This document shows positions 12,308-24,386 of a stretch of 64,000 bases of DNA, one piece after another. Source of the stretch: Azolla caroliniana. Taxonomy: Eukaryota; Plantae; Polypodiophyta. A program made the translations under genes and the position numbers. Positions within the stretch are counted from its first letter, which is position 1, and every line of letters begins with the position of its first letter. Location: assembly GCA_043228905.1 (NCBI GenBank), contig JBHGNT010000016.1, forward strand, positions 7,564,001 through 7,628,000. The letters are read 5' to 3'. Under the pieces are notes generated by a model. The model was given only the letters and a program-made list of their open reading frames with translations. It was not told the origin of the DNA and ran no database searches.

Positions 12308-14200
12308 TTGTTTTTGCAGCGAACGACGCACGGATGGATGACTAGATCAACGCATGACCTGGTTACAGATCTAACTCGACGCCTTGCCGAAAGGCAAAGG
12401 AGGCGTGAGGCTTTCCAGCAAGCGGCGCAAGAAATTAGAGCGGATCGCTTGTTTTCCAATGTCATCCGGAGAGTAGCGGAGGACTCCCTCTGGTTACAGC
12501 AAACATCGCACCCGGATGACGGCAACAACCTAAGCAGCCTCCTGGAAACCGAATCCCTTCTCCAGGCGTTGGCAAACGGAGAAGGCGAAGTAGAAGCCTT
12601 TTCAGCGTATGAATCAGACTCCGAAGGGGAATACAACGTGCACACGAACTACCGTAGTAGCAACGAAACCCCGGGCGGACCAGAGGACGAAGGATTGGGT
12701 ACCTTACCGACACCGGAACCGGAAGTGCTAACGCTGGAACCCCCGAAACTAGCAGAGGAAGAGCGACCTCCGACACCGGAAGTCGGAGAGGAGAGGCCTC
12801 CGTCACTAAAAGAAGAGGAAAGACCACCGACGCCAGAGAAAATCCCGGAACGAGCACCAACACTGCCAGCCCGCGCACCGATACCGGACGACAACATGCC
12901 GTTCCAGTACTCCAAGTATAGAGATGATCCGGACGCGGAAGCTCATGTGCACGCCTTTGAACAGACATGGGAAGCCAACCATGTGTCCCAGCGATTGACC
13001 CCGGATGAAGAGGAACGCTCTAAGATAGCGGAATTTGGCATCACATTGGAGGGACCGGCAACAAGATGGCGCCGGATGCAGGACCCGTCTACCATCAACA
13101 CCTTTGCAGATTTAAAAGCTAAATTCTTGCATTTTTTCCAAAAGGAGGTGGACCAGACCGTAATGGTAGGCTTATTTTATACCATCCGATAGGAGTCAGG
13201 GGAGAGCATTCCCCAGTTTGTCATCCAGTTTCAACGGATGCATAGTCAGCTTGCCCGCGCACCCCCGGAGGAGGAATTACGGACTATATTCCTAAACGCG
13301 CTCCGGGAACCCCTACGCACGGTTTGCACGGTAATTGACTTCCGCACAAGTACCATCGACCAGGTCATTGACAGGGTGAGAGAGATGGAAAAGACAAGCT
13401 CCTGGCTCACACTAGGAGCACTCCAACGGGCGTTACTGTCCGATGAAGACCTCCGGTTTCGGCAAGCAATACAGTGCACAACCTGCTTGAATTCCGGACA
13501 CTCGGCTCTAGAATGCACTATGAGGATGCAATGTGTAATCTGTCAATCCAAGGGCCATACGACGGATAGGTGCGAGTATAATCTATTGAACCGGCAAGCA
13601 CCGCCCGTCCGACAAATAGAGCCATGCAACAGCCAAGATGAAGAAGAGGAACGCTGGCGGCGAATGGACCGCGACCGACCGGCACAAGATGTCCGGTATG
13701 GCGATCGACGGGAGAATGATGTCTGGTACGGTGATCGGCGGGATAACTATGACCGGCATGATCGGTACCGGGATTACAATAGACGATACGAACATTACGA
13801 CCGGGAGCACTCCCCCGGGTATCGTCAGCAACGGGAGGAATACGACAGATATAACGGGCAACCTCGTCAAGAGTACCGCAATAAGAAGAGCTATAACAAA
13901 AAACGGCATTTCAAAAAAGGCGCCACGGGATCCGGAACAAGGAGCTTCAAGCAGCCAACCGGCCCAAAACCCCGCGCGTACCACAGGACCTACCTCGGGT
14001 ACAACAGACAATGCCGAATCCAGCAATACCCGGAAAGCCTATTGCTACTACTGCCGACAGGAAGGCCATTATAGTAATCAATGCCCGGTGAAGAGCTATG
14101 AAAAACGACCGACAGTAAATATGGTAGTCCCTGAGGTGGCAGATCTGCAGCAGGTGACCACACGGTCGAAGGGCATGGCCAAGGAATGGGAGACGTAGGA
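12308..14200 (+). pseudogene. gag: Gypsy gag of element D (capsid plus three CCHC zinc knuckles), with stop and frameshift
   Basis: Capsid-like DAEAHVHAFE...LEGPATRW...TFADLKAKFL; CTTCLNSGHSALEC, CVICQSKGHTTDRC, CYYCRQEGHYSNQC. Confidence 0.85.
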
Positions 14201-14228
14201 GACCATCCGGAAGCCAGCGACGGAATGG

Positions 14229-17200
14229 GTGAAGAAAGCAAACGAGCAGAATGTCACAGACTTACAGCGGCAAAAGGAGAACACCGTAGGGCTTGCCGTC
14301 GGCAGTCACTCCAAGAACGAGACATGGCAGGCGTTGCAAGAATGCCAGATTACGCTGCCACTAGGAAGACTCCTACAACTCGTGCCAAGATTCACGGAAG
14401 GACTGAAGACAGCCATGACGACAGGAGAATCGTCACCAACACTGGTACTCTTCTCGAATCCGGAGTTGGGACCAACGGTGGTGGACACCAACAGTCCGGT
14501 AATCACTGCCATTGTAAAAGGGAAAGAACTCCCCGGCACAGTTATAGATGAAGGCTCCGGGGTGAATGTAATAAGCCTCCGGATGTGTGAGGCCCTAGGA
14601 ATCCACGAGTGGGAGCCGTGTCCGTTCTGGTTACGGATGGCCGATACAAGCTCAGTTCGGCCGACAAGATTAATATGGAAATTAGAAGTCACTGTGGGCC
14701 GTCATACATTTCACATCTCGGCCGTAGTGCTACAATTACAGGCACAAGGCGCATACCCGCTATTGCTGGGGCGGCCGTGGTTGAAAACGGCACATATCAA
14801 ACAGAATTGGAGGAAAAATATAATTATCTTCTGGTGAGGAAAAGCCAAGGTACGGGTACCAACACAGCCAAGGACGAGCATTGGCAAGGAATGTACACCA
14901 TTGTACGCAGAGTACGTCAACATGCTAGAAGGGTTAGCTGACCAAGAAGAAGCTCAGTACTTGCAGGAAAACCCGAAGATCATACCCCTCTTCGAAATTG
15001 ACATTGCCGAAGCAGTAGCAGCATACTTACCGCAACTGGGAGAGGCTGAAGCAGAACCGGATAAAGACGCAATCCGGGAGTTACGGCAAGCGCAGGAAGC
15101 GTTGGAACGGGAAATGGCCGTTTCACAACGCGTAAAAGCGTCGCAACTGGAAGAGGTGAACCTAGGGACCACGGACGAAGCAAAATCGGTGCACATCGCC
15201 AAGGAGATGAAGTCCGAAGACAAAACGGCGATGATCACACTTCTCACGGAATTTCGCGATGTGTTTGCCTGGTCATACGAAGACATGCGGGGACTCGACC
15301 CTCAGTTATACCAGCATAAGGTTCACTTGAGCAAGGACGCAAAACCAGTGGCACAAAGAAGGTACCAGATGAATCCCAATTATGCTGCCAAAGTCAAGGA
15401 GGAAATCGACAAACTGCTAAGAGTTGGCTTTATCCGTCCGGTAAAGAAAGCGACATGGCTGAGCCCGATCGTAGTCGTACCGAAGAAGAACGGAAAAATT
15501 CGAGTTTGTGTGGACTACCAGAAACTCAATGCAGCTACGGTAACGGATGCGTTCCCACTTCCGTTCATAGATGGAGTGTTGGATGCCGTCGCCGGCCATG
15601 AGGTTTATAGCTTCCTAGACGGATTCAATGGGTATAATCAGATCCGGATGCACCCCAACGACCAAGAGAAAACGGCTTTCGTCACCGAATGGGGGGTGTT
15701 TGTGACCGTGGTGATGATGTTCGGACTCAAAACGGCACCGACAACATTTCAACGAATCATCATGGAAATCTTTGGTGAATATATCCCGGCTTTTATGCAG
15801 GTTTTCCTTGACGATTTCGCCGTCTATAGCCGGGAGGAGGACCATTTTCAGCACCTTCGTCTTTGTCTAGAAAAGTGTAGAGCGTACCGGCTAAGCTTGA
15901 ATCCGGCAAAGTGTGTATTTGGCGTGTCCAGTGGAACTTTATTAGGACATATTATTAGCCAGGAAGGTATTGCATTCGACCCGGACAAAGTGAAAGCCAT
16001 ATTAGAAGCACCAGCGCCAGCAACGGCAAAGGCACTAAGCCGGTTCTTAGGCCAGATCCGGTGGCACAGCCGGATGCTTCGATACTTGGCCGACCTGGCA
16101 ACACCGTTGCATGCCGCCGTACATCGGACACCATTCCAGTGGACCGACACCGAGGATAGGGCGTATAGGGCCCTCAAGGTACTATTGTCGCAAGCACCGG
16201 TAGTTCAGCCTCCGGATTGGAGTAAAGAATTTCATGTGTTCGTGGACGCCTCCGACATCGCGATCGGAAGCGTACTGATGCAGCTTACGGAGCCAAAGTG
16301 GTACCGGCCAGTGTACTATGCCAGTCGAAAGCTATCCCAAGCAGAACGGAACTACTCTACCACGGAATGGGAAGCTCTAGGGATGATCTATAGTGTGACA
16401 AAGTTTTGGCATTATTTATTGGGAAGGAAGTTTTCCTTCCATGTAGATCATTCGGCACTCCTTTACCTGGTGTCCAAAGCGTCACTCACCGGTAAATTGG
16501 CCCGGTGGACCTTACTGTTATAGGAATTCGAGTTTGAAATATTCCACTGACCCGGTATACAGCATGTCGTGGCGGATTACTTAAGCCGATTAGAGTCCGG
16601 AGAGACGGGTGACGGAGTAGCCGATGAGTTTCCGGATGCGGAGCTGTTTTGAGTCACTACGGAAACGACAACAGATGAGATGGTGGCACAGGAAGACAAG
16701 TGGCTCACAAACATGCACCAGTTTCTGAGCACAGGACTGCCTCCGGAAGAGATGAACCGGGACGAACGGAAACGCCTGGCGGTGCAAAGTTGACATTTCT
16801 GCTTACTGCAAGACACACTTTACCACAAGGGCGCGGACGACATATGGAGACGGGTTGTGCGTAGCGATGAAAAGGACCTGATACTGAGGGAAGCCCACTG
16901 CGGATTTGCCGGAGGTCACTATGCCGAAGATGCGACGACCAGGAAAATATGGCAAAGTGGCCTATGGTGGCCAACGACATTAAGAGATGCGGTACGGTAT
17001 GCAAAAGAATATGACCTATGCCAGCGAATGGGCCAGCCAACGGAGCATGCTCGTATGCCAGACCAGCCGGTACTACCACTCGAGCCATTCCAAAAGTGGG
17101 GGCTGGACTTTGTTGGACCGTTCAAACCACCCGCAATGAGAACGGGTAATCGGTACGTCATCGTCGCGACAGATTACTGCACGAAATGGGTGGAGGCCAA

Positions 17201-18089
17201 AGCCTTAAGAGACAACACCGCTGCGTCAATGGCGAAATTTCTATACGAGTACATCTGGTGCCGTTACGGATGCCCAATCGAATTAATAAGCGACCAAGGG
17301 GGGCACTTTCTCGGCCAAGTAGTTGAAAGCCTGACGACATTCTATGTTGTTGTCCATAAACGGAGCACACCATACTATCCGCAAGCAAACGGGTTAGCGG
17401 AATCGACGAACAAAACGCTCCAGAATATCCTCCGGAAGATCGTCAACGAAAACGGAACAGATTGGGATACCAAGCTACATAGCGCGATTTGGGCATATCG
17501 GACGGCATATAAAACGAGCATCCGAACAACACCATTCCGGTTAGCGTTCGGACTAGAGGCGGTAATGCCGGTGGATTTCCCAGTACCCAGCTTACGGATC
17601 CAGCTACGGGAACGGCTGAACGAGAAGGAGTCGGAGGCAATACGGTTAACAACGTTGTGTGAACTCGAGGAACAACGACTGGCAAGCATCCTGCACTTAG
17701 AATTGGAATAACGGCGACGGAAAGCATTTGTCGACCGGCACAGGAAAGGAAACGAAAAAATGTTCACAATCGGCAAACCGGTGTTAGTATTTCAAAGTGG
17801 GATGGGCAAGATGTCGGGTAAACTACGGTTTAGATGGACCGGACCGTATTGGTTGACACGTGAGTATAATGGGTCCTACCAGTTAGGGACACTTGCCGGC
17901 GAAGTGCTAGGAAAATGGGTCAACGGTTTCCGATTGAAGCCATATAGAGGACCGATGACTAAGAACCCATTTGAGCAAAGGACCGACGCCGTTGAGGAAA
18001 ACGGCAACCACCAAGACAGCAGAGACGGCGAGCCGGTAACTGGGAAGAATGAGGCCGGTAAGGGTCCGATAGGACCAACAGACAAGTAA
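14229..18089 (+). pseudogene. pol: Gypsy pol of element D (protease, RT, RNase H, integrase), several in-frame stops
   Basis: VIDEGSGVN, WLSPIVVVPKKNGKIRVCVDY, VFLDDF, VFVDAS, WGLDFVGP, YYPQANGLAE, RWTGPY. Confidence 0.93.
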
Positions 18090-19981
18090 CGTCACACTAA
18101 CAGAAAAAGAAAACCGAAGTAATCATGCAAAAGCGAGGAATGAATGGATGAAAGAGCGAGGAGCGAAAAGGTATGTAGTGGGCATTTAAAGCGCCACCAC
18201 AGGACATAATGCTATTTTAGTACATGACGTGCACACACTCGAAAAAGGCGCCAGAATGCACAGAGAAAAACCACTGCGCGTGGAAACCCTCTACTTTCGA
18301 GAACCCACGAGCACAGAAGCACCAAGGTGGTGCAAGATCATCAGACGAGAACCTACACTCAGAGAACACCCGCCTTCTGAACTCTCTCTCTCTCTCACTC
18401 TCACTCTCATCACCAGCCAACCTCGCCGCCACAAGCCGACCTCGACACAGACATGGACCCGCAAACGCTGTCGGAAGCCGCCAAGACATGGCTAAAGCAA
18501 CACGGGCTCGAGGGCTTCTTGATGATTATGGAGGTACCGCCACACAAAGAAGCCGACAAGGTGATCAAAGAAATCGACACAAAGGTCATAACGGCAGAGG
18601 CAATTCGAGCGTTAACAGGCCTTCCGGAGGGAGGCATACTCACGATTGACAATCCGACCTCGGAGCAACTCATCAGGTATTTTGGTGAGTACTCCCTAGC
18701 CAGCAAGGGCTACCAGACACAGGGCGGCGGAGATATGCTGTTCCGCGAGATTTCTCGTGTGCTCCACAAATACGGCCATGTGTACCCTAGACCCCTGTCA
18801 TGCCACAGAACCGGGCAGGGATGATCATCGCCACCTATGAAGGGATCAAGGTGGATTGGCCGGTATTGATCGCAGACGGGTTGTGTGCGGCGATCGAGAT
18901 CGTCAGAGGCAAAGACAGCAAAGAAGGCCGAGACGGACGGAGGATGTGGCACGCCGTAACGCAGTGGCTCACCTTGCTTGTGCCACCCGTCCAGCCCAAG
19001 AAGCGAGGAAGAGTGGCGGACGGCACCCCAAAGACGGCTTCCAAAAGACAACAGTTGTTGGCCTCTAAGGCCACTAAGGGGAAGGCGGCGGACGCAGAAC
19101 AAGCGGGAAAGGAGAGCGTCAGCCGGAAGCGGCCAACGGATGCGCAGGAGGAACCACCGGCATGGCCCGTAAAGGGTACACTCCGCCAATTGGTGAATAG
19201 AGAAGCGGACCCCTTGGCGGCAAAACTCAATGCCGAGACTCAGGAAGAGGAAATAGAGGAGGAGCCTACGGAGCACCTCCAGCGACGGTCGTCGGCAAGG
19301 ACCGTTGAGGCAACCGGGAAACGTTCGGACCCTCAGATGGAGGGAACACCGGCTCCCCACACTGAGACTCCCATGCCAAGGGAGGAACCGGAACCGGTGC
19401 GCATGGAACCGGAATCAGAAGCCCCGGCACCACCGGCAACACCGGCAAGTCCTGTTGGGAGACAGGTCCCTCCGGATGGGAAGGGAGAAGAACAGCGCCG
19501 ACGAACAAACGATGACGATGAGTTCGGCTACCGAGTGTGGGACCCGGTCGACAAGAAGGTATTCCGGAGTCGAGATATTATCTTCATGGAGGACAAGACG
19601 CTCACCGACTGGGAGTCGGAGAAGAAGATAATGAACTCCGAGTCGACCGGTAAGGATAGACTCTACAATGAGCAGACCCAACCGGCAAGAGACCGGTTAG
19701 CACTCCAGGAACCAGCCGGTTACGGTGAGGATATCGAACCGGCAGAAGAAGAAGTAGAGGAAGCTGAGACCGGAACCGGTCAAGACCCCGAATCGGATTC
19801 GGATGAAGAGCAAATGGAGGAACCGGTTACCGAAGCCCGAAGACGTAGATATCCTCTCAGAGAGAGAAGGGCGCCCCGGAGATTTCCGGATGCAGAGCAT
19901 GTCCTGCTGACCGATGAGGGGGAGCCGGAAAGCTTCGAAGAAGCGAAGGAAGACACCCACAGCTGAAAATGGTTAAGTGCC

Positions 19982-21493
19982 ATGCAGGATGAGATGGATT
20001 CTCTGCATGAGAACCATACGTATGAATTGGTGGAGCTGCCGAAAGGAAAGCGGGCACTTCGAAACAAGTGGGTGTTCAAGTTGAAACCGGGAGATGCCGG
20101 CAACCCCCCGAGATACAAAGCCAGGATCGTGGTGAAGGGGTTCCAGCAGAACAAGGGCGTGGACTTCGACGAAATATTCGCCCCGGTAGTGAAGATGACC
20201 TCCATCCGGACGGTGCTGAGTATAGCAGCAAGCATGGATCTCGAGGTAGAGCAGTTGGACGTGAAGACGACATTCCTTCACGGCGACCTCGAAGAGGAAA
20301 TCTACATGCAGCAACCGGAAGGATTTGTGGAGAAAGGGAAGGAGCACCTGGTATGCCGGTTGAAGAAGAGCCTGTATGGACTGAAGCAGGCTCCCCGGCA
20401 ATGGTACCGGAAGTTCGACTCCTTCATGACCGATCAAGGGTACCATAAGACGCAGGCCGATCACTGCGTGTTCGTGAAGAAGTTCGAAGGAGGGGACTTC
20501 CTGATACTTCTCCTGTACGTAGATGACATGTTGATCGTCGGACGAGACCAAGGCAAAATACGGATGCTAAAGAAGGCTCTCAACCGGACCTTCTCAATGA
20601 AAGACTTGGGTCCGGCAAGACAGATGTTGGGGATGCACATCATTCGGGACCGGTCAATGAAGCAATTATGGCTGTCACAAGAGAAGTATGTGACAAAGGT
20701 GCTTCACCGGTTCAACATGTCAGATGCAAAACCGGTCGGATCGACACTTCTGGCAAACTGCAAGTTGTCCGGCAAGCAAAGCCCGAAGACAAAAGGAGAG
20801 AAGGCAGATATGATGAAGATTCCATATGCCTCTGCCGTCGGGAGCTTGATGTACGCAATGGTTTGTACCCGACCGGACATTGGATACGCAGTCGGAGTGG
20901 TCAGCCGGTTCATGAGTAATCCCGGCAAGGAGCATTGGAACGCGCTCAAATGGATACTCCGGTATTTGAAGGGCACTTCAAATATGTGTCTCCGATTCGG
21001 CTCCGGGAAACCTCAACTGGACGGTTTCACCGATTCGGACATGTCGGCTGATGTGGATACCAGCCAGTCTACATCCGGGTATGTAATGACATATGCAGGG
21101 GGAGCTGTTTCGTGGCAGTCGAGGCTGCAGAAGACGGTTGCATTGTCAACCACAGAGGCGGAGTACATGGCGGCTGTAGAAGCCGGCAAGGAAATATTAT
21201 GGATGAAGGACTTCATCGGAGAGCTCGGTATCCGGCAAGAGGAATACCGACTCTACTGCGACAGTCAAAGTGCCATCCACCTTGCTAAGAATGCGGCCTA
21301 CCATTCCCGGATGAAGCATATCCAGCGGAGGTATCACTGGATCCGGGAAAGGGTAGATGACCAGGAGTTCGCACTGGCGAAGATCCACACGGCCGAGAAC
21401 GGGTCAGCTATGCTGACCAAAGTGCTGGCACCCGACAAGCTGGACGCATGCCGGAAGAGGATCGGGCTGGAAAGACACCCCATGCTGGAGTGA
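19982..21493 (+). CDS. pol: Open copia RT-RNase H ORF of element E (503 aa)
   Basis: QLDVKTTFLHG, LLYVDDML, FTDSDM, STTEAEY, KHIQRRYHW; no stops. Confidence 0.9.
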   Translation: MQDEMDSLHENHTYELVELPKGKRALRNKWVFKLKPGDAGNPPRYKARIVVKGFQQNKGVDFDEIFAPVVKMTSIRTVLSIAASMDLEVEQLDVKTTFLHGDLEEEIYMQQPEGFVEKGKEHLVCRLKKSLYGLKQAPRQWYRKFDSFMTDQGYHKTQADHCVFVKKFEGGDFLILLLYVDDMLIVGRDQGKIRMLKKALNRTFSMKDLGPARQMLGMHIIRDRSMKQLWLSQEKYVTKVLHRFNMSDAKPVGSTLLANCKLSGKQSPKTKGEKADMMKIPYASAVGSLMYAMVCTRPDIGYAVGVVSRFMSNPGKEHWNALKWILRYLKGTSNMCLRFGSGKPQLDGFTDSDMSADVDTSQSTSGYVMTYAGGAVSWQSRLQKTVALSTTEAEYMAAVEAGKEILWMKDFIGELGIRQEEYRLYCDSQSAIHLAKNAAYHSRMKHIQRRYHWIRERVDDQEFALAKIHTAENGSAMLTKVLAPDKLDACRKRIGLERHPMLE

Positions 21494-21503
21494 AGGGGGA
21501 GTT

Positions 21504-22128
21504 TGTTGGGAGACAGGTCCCTCCGGATGGGAAGGGAGAAGAACAGTGCCGATGAACAAACTTGGCCGAGGCCGATAGGCCAAGGCCGAAACGGTATGAA
21601 CCGGATGGGGAGTACCCGACTGCAGAGAGCCGGATGGTGTAGGCCCGGTATGAACCAGAGAAAGAGACATATTCGTAAATATGTTTCTGAGAGCCCATCG
21701 AGGCTACATTTGTAAATAGCCGAAAAGTCATATTAGTATAAATATGACTTAGGGCAAACTTTTAGGTGTGTCGTTTTTTTCTGTTGTTGTCATTCTTCCT
21801 TGTTGGTGCAAGAAGAAGATAGAGCGCGTAATTGTATAGAGAGAGAGAGAGACGAGGTCGTTGCCTCTGTTGTAACCGCCGCCTGTGGCGAAGATCTGAG
21901 AGCACGAGGTCGTTGCCTCAGCGAACTCACTGTTGTATATTCCTACATAGTGACAGTTTGCAGCCTGTGGGCTGCCGTGGTTTTTCCCCTATTTTCGGGT
22001 TTTCCACGTAAACCTCCTGTGTACCATTTCTCCCCTTTGTGTCGCGTTTCATTACCTGTTTTTCTGTGTATGAAAAGAATCTCGGTTGTGGCCGAGCGTC
22101 GGACATAAGGAACGTCGAGTTCTCGACA
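21504..22128 (+). repeat. 3' LTR of element E (625 bp)
   Basis: TGTTGGGAGACAGG...CTCGACA; its first ~58 bp match 19453-19510. Confidence 0.92.
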
Positions 22129-23953
22129 AGTCCCATCCCGTTAGAGCCAGAAAGGTCAATGCAGCCTCCCTCGACCAACCAAGAAGAAGCGCAAGGGGAA
22201 CCAAGACAACAAGGTGGTCCACGGGCTAAAACGGAATTGCAACTTGGCGCAATCAGGCGGGACCACCCATCTATAAGTGAGCCCATCTGTCAAACCTCCG
22301 TGCAAGCACAACAATGCACCGGTAGCCTGTGGCTCTGGTGGATAGGCGAACAGATTGCCGGAGCAGTGGGGTATATTGAGGCGGAAGAAAGAGCGCAAAG
22401 CGAACGGTTGCTCGTCACAACCGAACAACTAGAGACGGCCTGGTCCAGAATTCGGTGCCTTGAAAAAGACTTGGATTAGGTCACGATAGAGATGGCCAAA
22501 ATGGCCTTAACGGCAACACAGATCCAATCACCGGTGACTCCGGTAAGTGTACAGAATAAAGAAACAGATTGACCTGTACATACCAATAAGATCCCGACAA
22601 CGGAAACCGTTCCGGCGAGAGATGCGGCGCAAGCCCAGGAGCTTGCGGAATTGAGAGATGAACTTGCCGCACAAGAAGCGCTAAGGAGCCGTGAACAGGA
22701 ATTGAAGACAGCGGCCGAAGCCAAATTAAAGAAAACTGCTGAGAACCTTCGCCGGGCAGAGGAGAGCCTCCGGAAAGGCCATCAAGCGTACGACCGGCTA
22801 AGGGAGGAAAAAGACAAAGTGCTGCAGGAAAAGGACAAGCTGCGGAAGACGGCGGAAATGGAAATTGAACGGCTAAAGGAAGAGCTCCGTCAGCAGAAGG
22901 ACCGCGAGGACCGGGCCCGTCGAGAGATCAACGCACAGCTCAAGCAAAAGACAGATGATTTTGAGCACCTGCACCGGGACTACAAATGGCTGGAAACGGA
23001 GCATAAGGAACGGATGGCCGAGCTCCAGCAGGAAGTTGATCGGGCCGCGACGGCGATCACTAACAAACGTGCGGAAAATACAAGACGGTTGGACGAGGCG
23101 GAGAAGGTCCGGATGGAGCTCCAGAGGCAGCAGCAGGAAGAAAAGGAGAGAGCATCAACGGTATTGCAGAAATTACAAAGCACATATCAAAGGCAATTGA
23201 CGCATTACAAGGAGCAGGCGAAAGACAACGTCAAAATCATCAAGCAACTGAAGGAGGAACGACAAGCGGCGGAAATCAAATCGCAATTGGGAACGGGCCG
23301 GATTCAGTGCATCCTCCGGGCAATGGCTGAATCAGACAAAACGCTTGATTGACGAAAGCTCCGTAAGATGGTGGACAAAGTGGGCACAAAACGCGACGAA
23401 ACTCCAATTGCTACGGGCAGACGTGGCAAACCGGCGGAAGGAAGGAGATGATTGTTATACGTTGACTTCCGAGGACTTCACCGCCATACGGGACGAGTTG
23501 GCCAACGACTTCCAAGTCCTGGCGGATGAACAGTTGGCGCAGGTCCGACAACTCATAGCTCAGCTAGACGATGATAGGCTGGACGCTCAAATCCAGTTTG
23601 AAAGCTATGAGCAGTCCCGGGTTCGGGAAGAAAAAGCACGGGAAGCGGCAACGGTTAACCTTAGTGATGAGGAACCGTCGCCGGCTGAGGGCCAGCCCGG
23701 AACCAGTCAACCGGAGACCACTACAACAGAGATGCCGGTGTCAGAGCAACAAACGGAGGAGCAGCCGCAGCAGCCACCAACGGACCCGTCACAACAGACA
23801 TCAACAGAGCAGCAACAACAACAACAACAACAACCAATTCCAGATGAACCATTGGAGACTCTCGAAGAAAGCATTCTAGATATTTTGGATGAAGAATAGC
23901 AAGGGTCGGTTGTGGATTCGATGTACAAGGTACTGTGCCACGGGCGTGCCATG

Positions 23954-24386
23954 TGTTACCGGCCGGCAAAGGAGTCCAGAGTGTGAAACAGGGAGTTATT
24001 TAATTAGTAGGAATGGTTGTAAGTAAGCTATGAGTGTGGATGGACGAACCGGAATCAGTATGCCGTTCCAGATCCGGACCGATCCCGAACAGGTGCGGAT
24101 GGCACCGTTTTGTAATACAAACCGGAAACCTATTTAAAGGCCCGGATACAATGTAATGAACAACGGTTAATTAATAAAGCTTAGTGTTGTTATCTCTCTG
24201 TGATAATTGCTGTTCTGCATTCATTGTTATATCTTACGCGTGTGATTATTAAAGACGATCATGCTAAGTAACCTAATTAAGTCGGATTAATCGTTGAGTC
24301 TAATCCTGTTGCCGTAACACCCCTTTGGTGAAGTGTCTTCCGTAGACACCCTGTGTTAGGCCATTGTCCGGCCCTAAGAGTTAACA
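23954..24386 (+). repeat. 3' LTR of element D
   Basis: Direct repeat of 11853-12285. Confidence 0.95.

Larger units (their letters stand above)
19453..22128 (+). mobile_element. Internally deleted Ty1/copia element E nested in D
   Basis: Perfect TSD AGTCC; only ~58 bp of the 5' LTR remain, fused to the integrase C-terminus; 3' LTR 21504-22128 after PPT GAGTGAAGGGGGAG. Confidence 0.93.
18453..23899 (+). pseudogene. Extra 3' ORF of element D (~920 codons reconstructed), split by copia E
   Basis: 18453-19452 joins in frame to 22134 across TSD AGTCC (…PATPAS|PIPLEP…); two stops, two frameshifts; coiled-coil-like 22651-23340; Q/E-rich tail. Confidence 0.75.
11853..24386 (+). mobile_element. Non-chromoviral Ty3/gypsy element D with extra 3' ORF; hosts copia E
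   Basis: 433-bp LTRs 11853-12285 and 23954-24386; perfect TSD AAGAA; order gag-PR-RT-RH-INT(GPY); no chromodomain seen. Confidence 0.95.

Noticed and set aside
22651-23352. Host coiled-coil gene or retroviral env
   Set aside because: It lies between D's LTRs as part of the extra ORF; no introns, signal peptide or transmembrane segment are evident.
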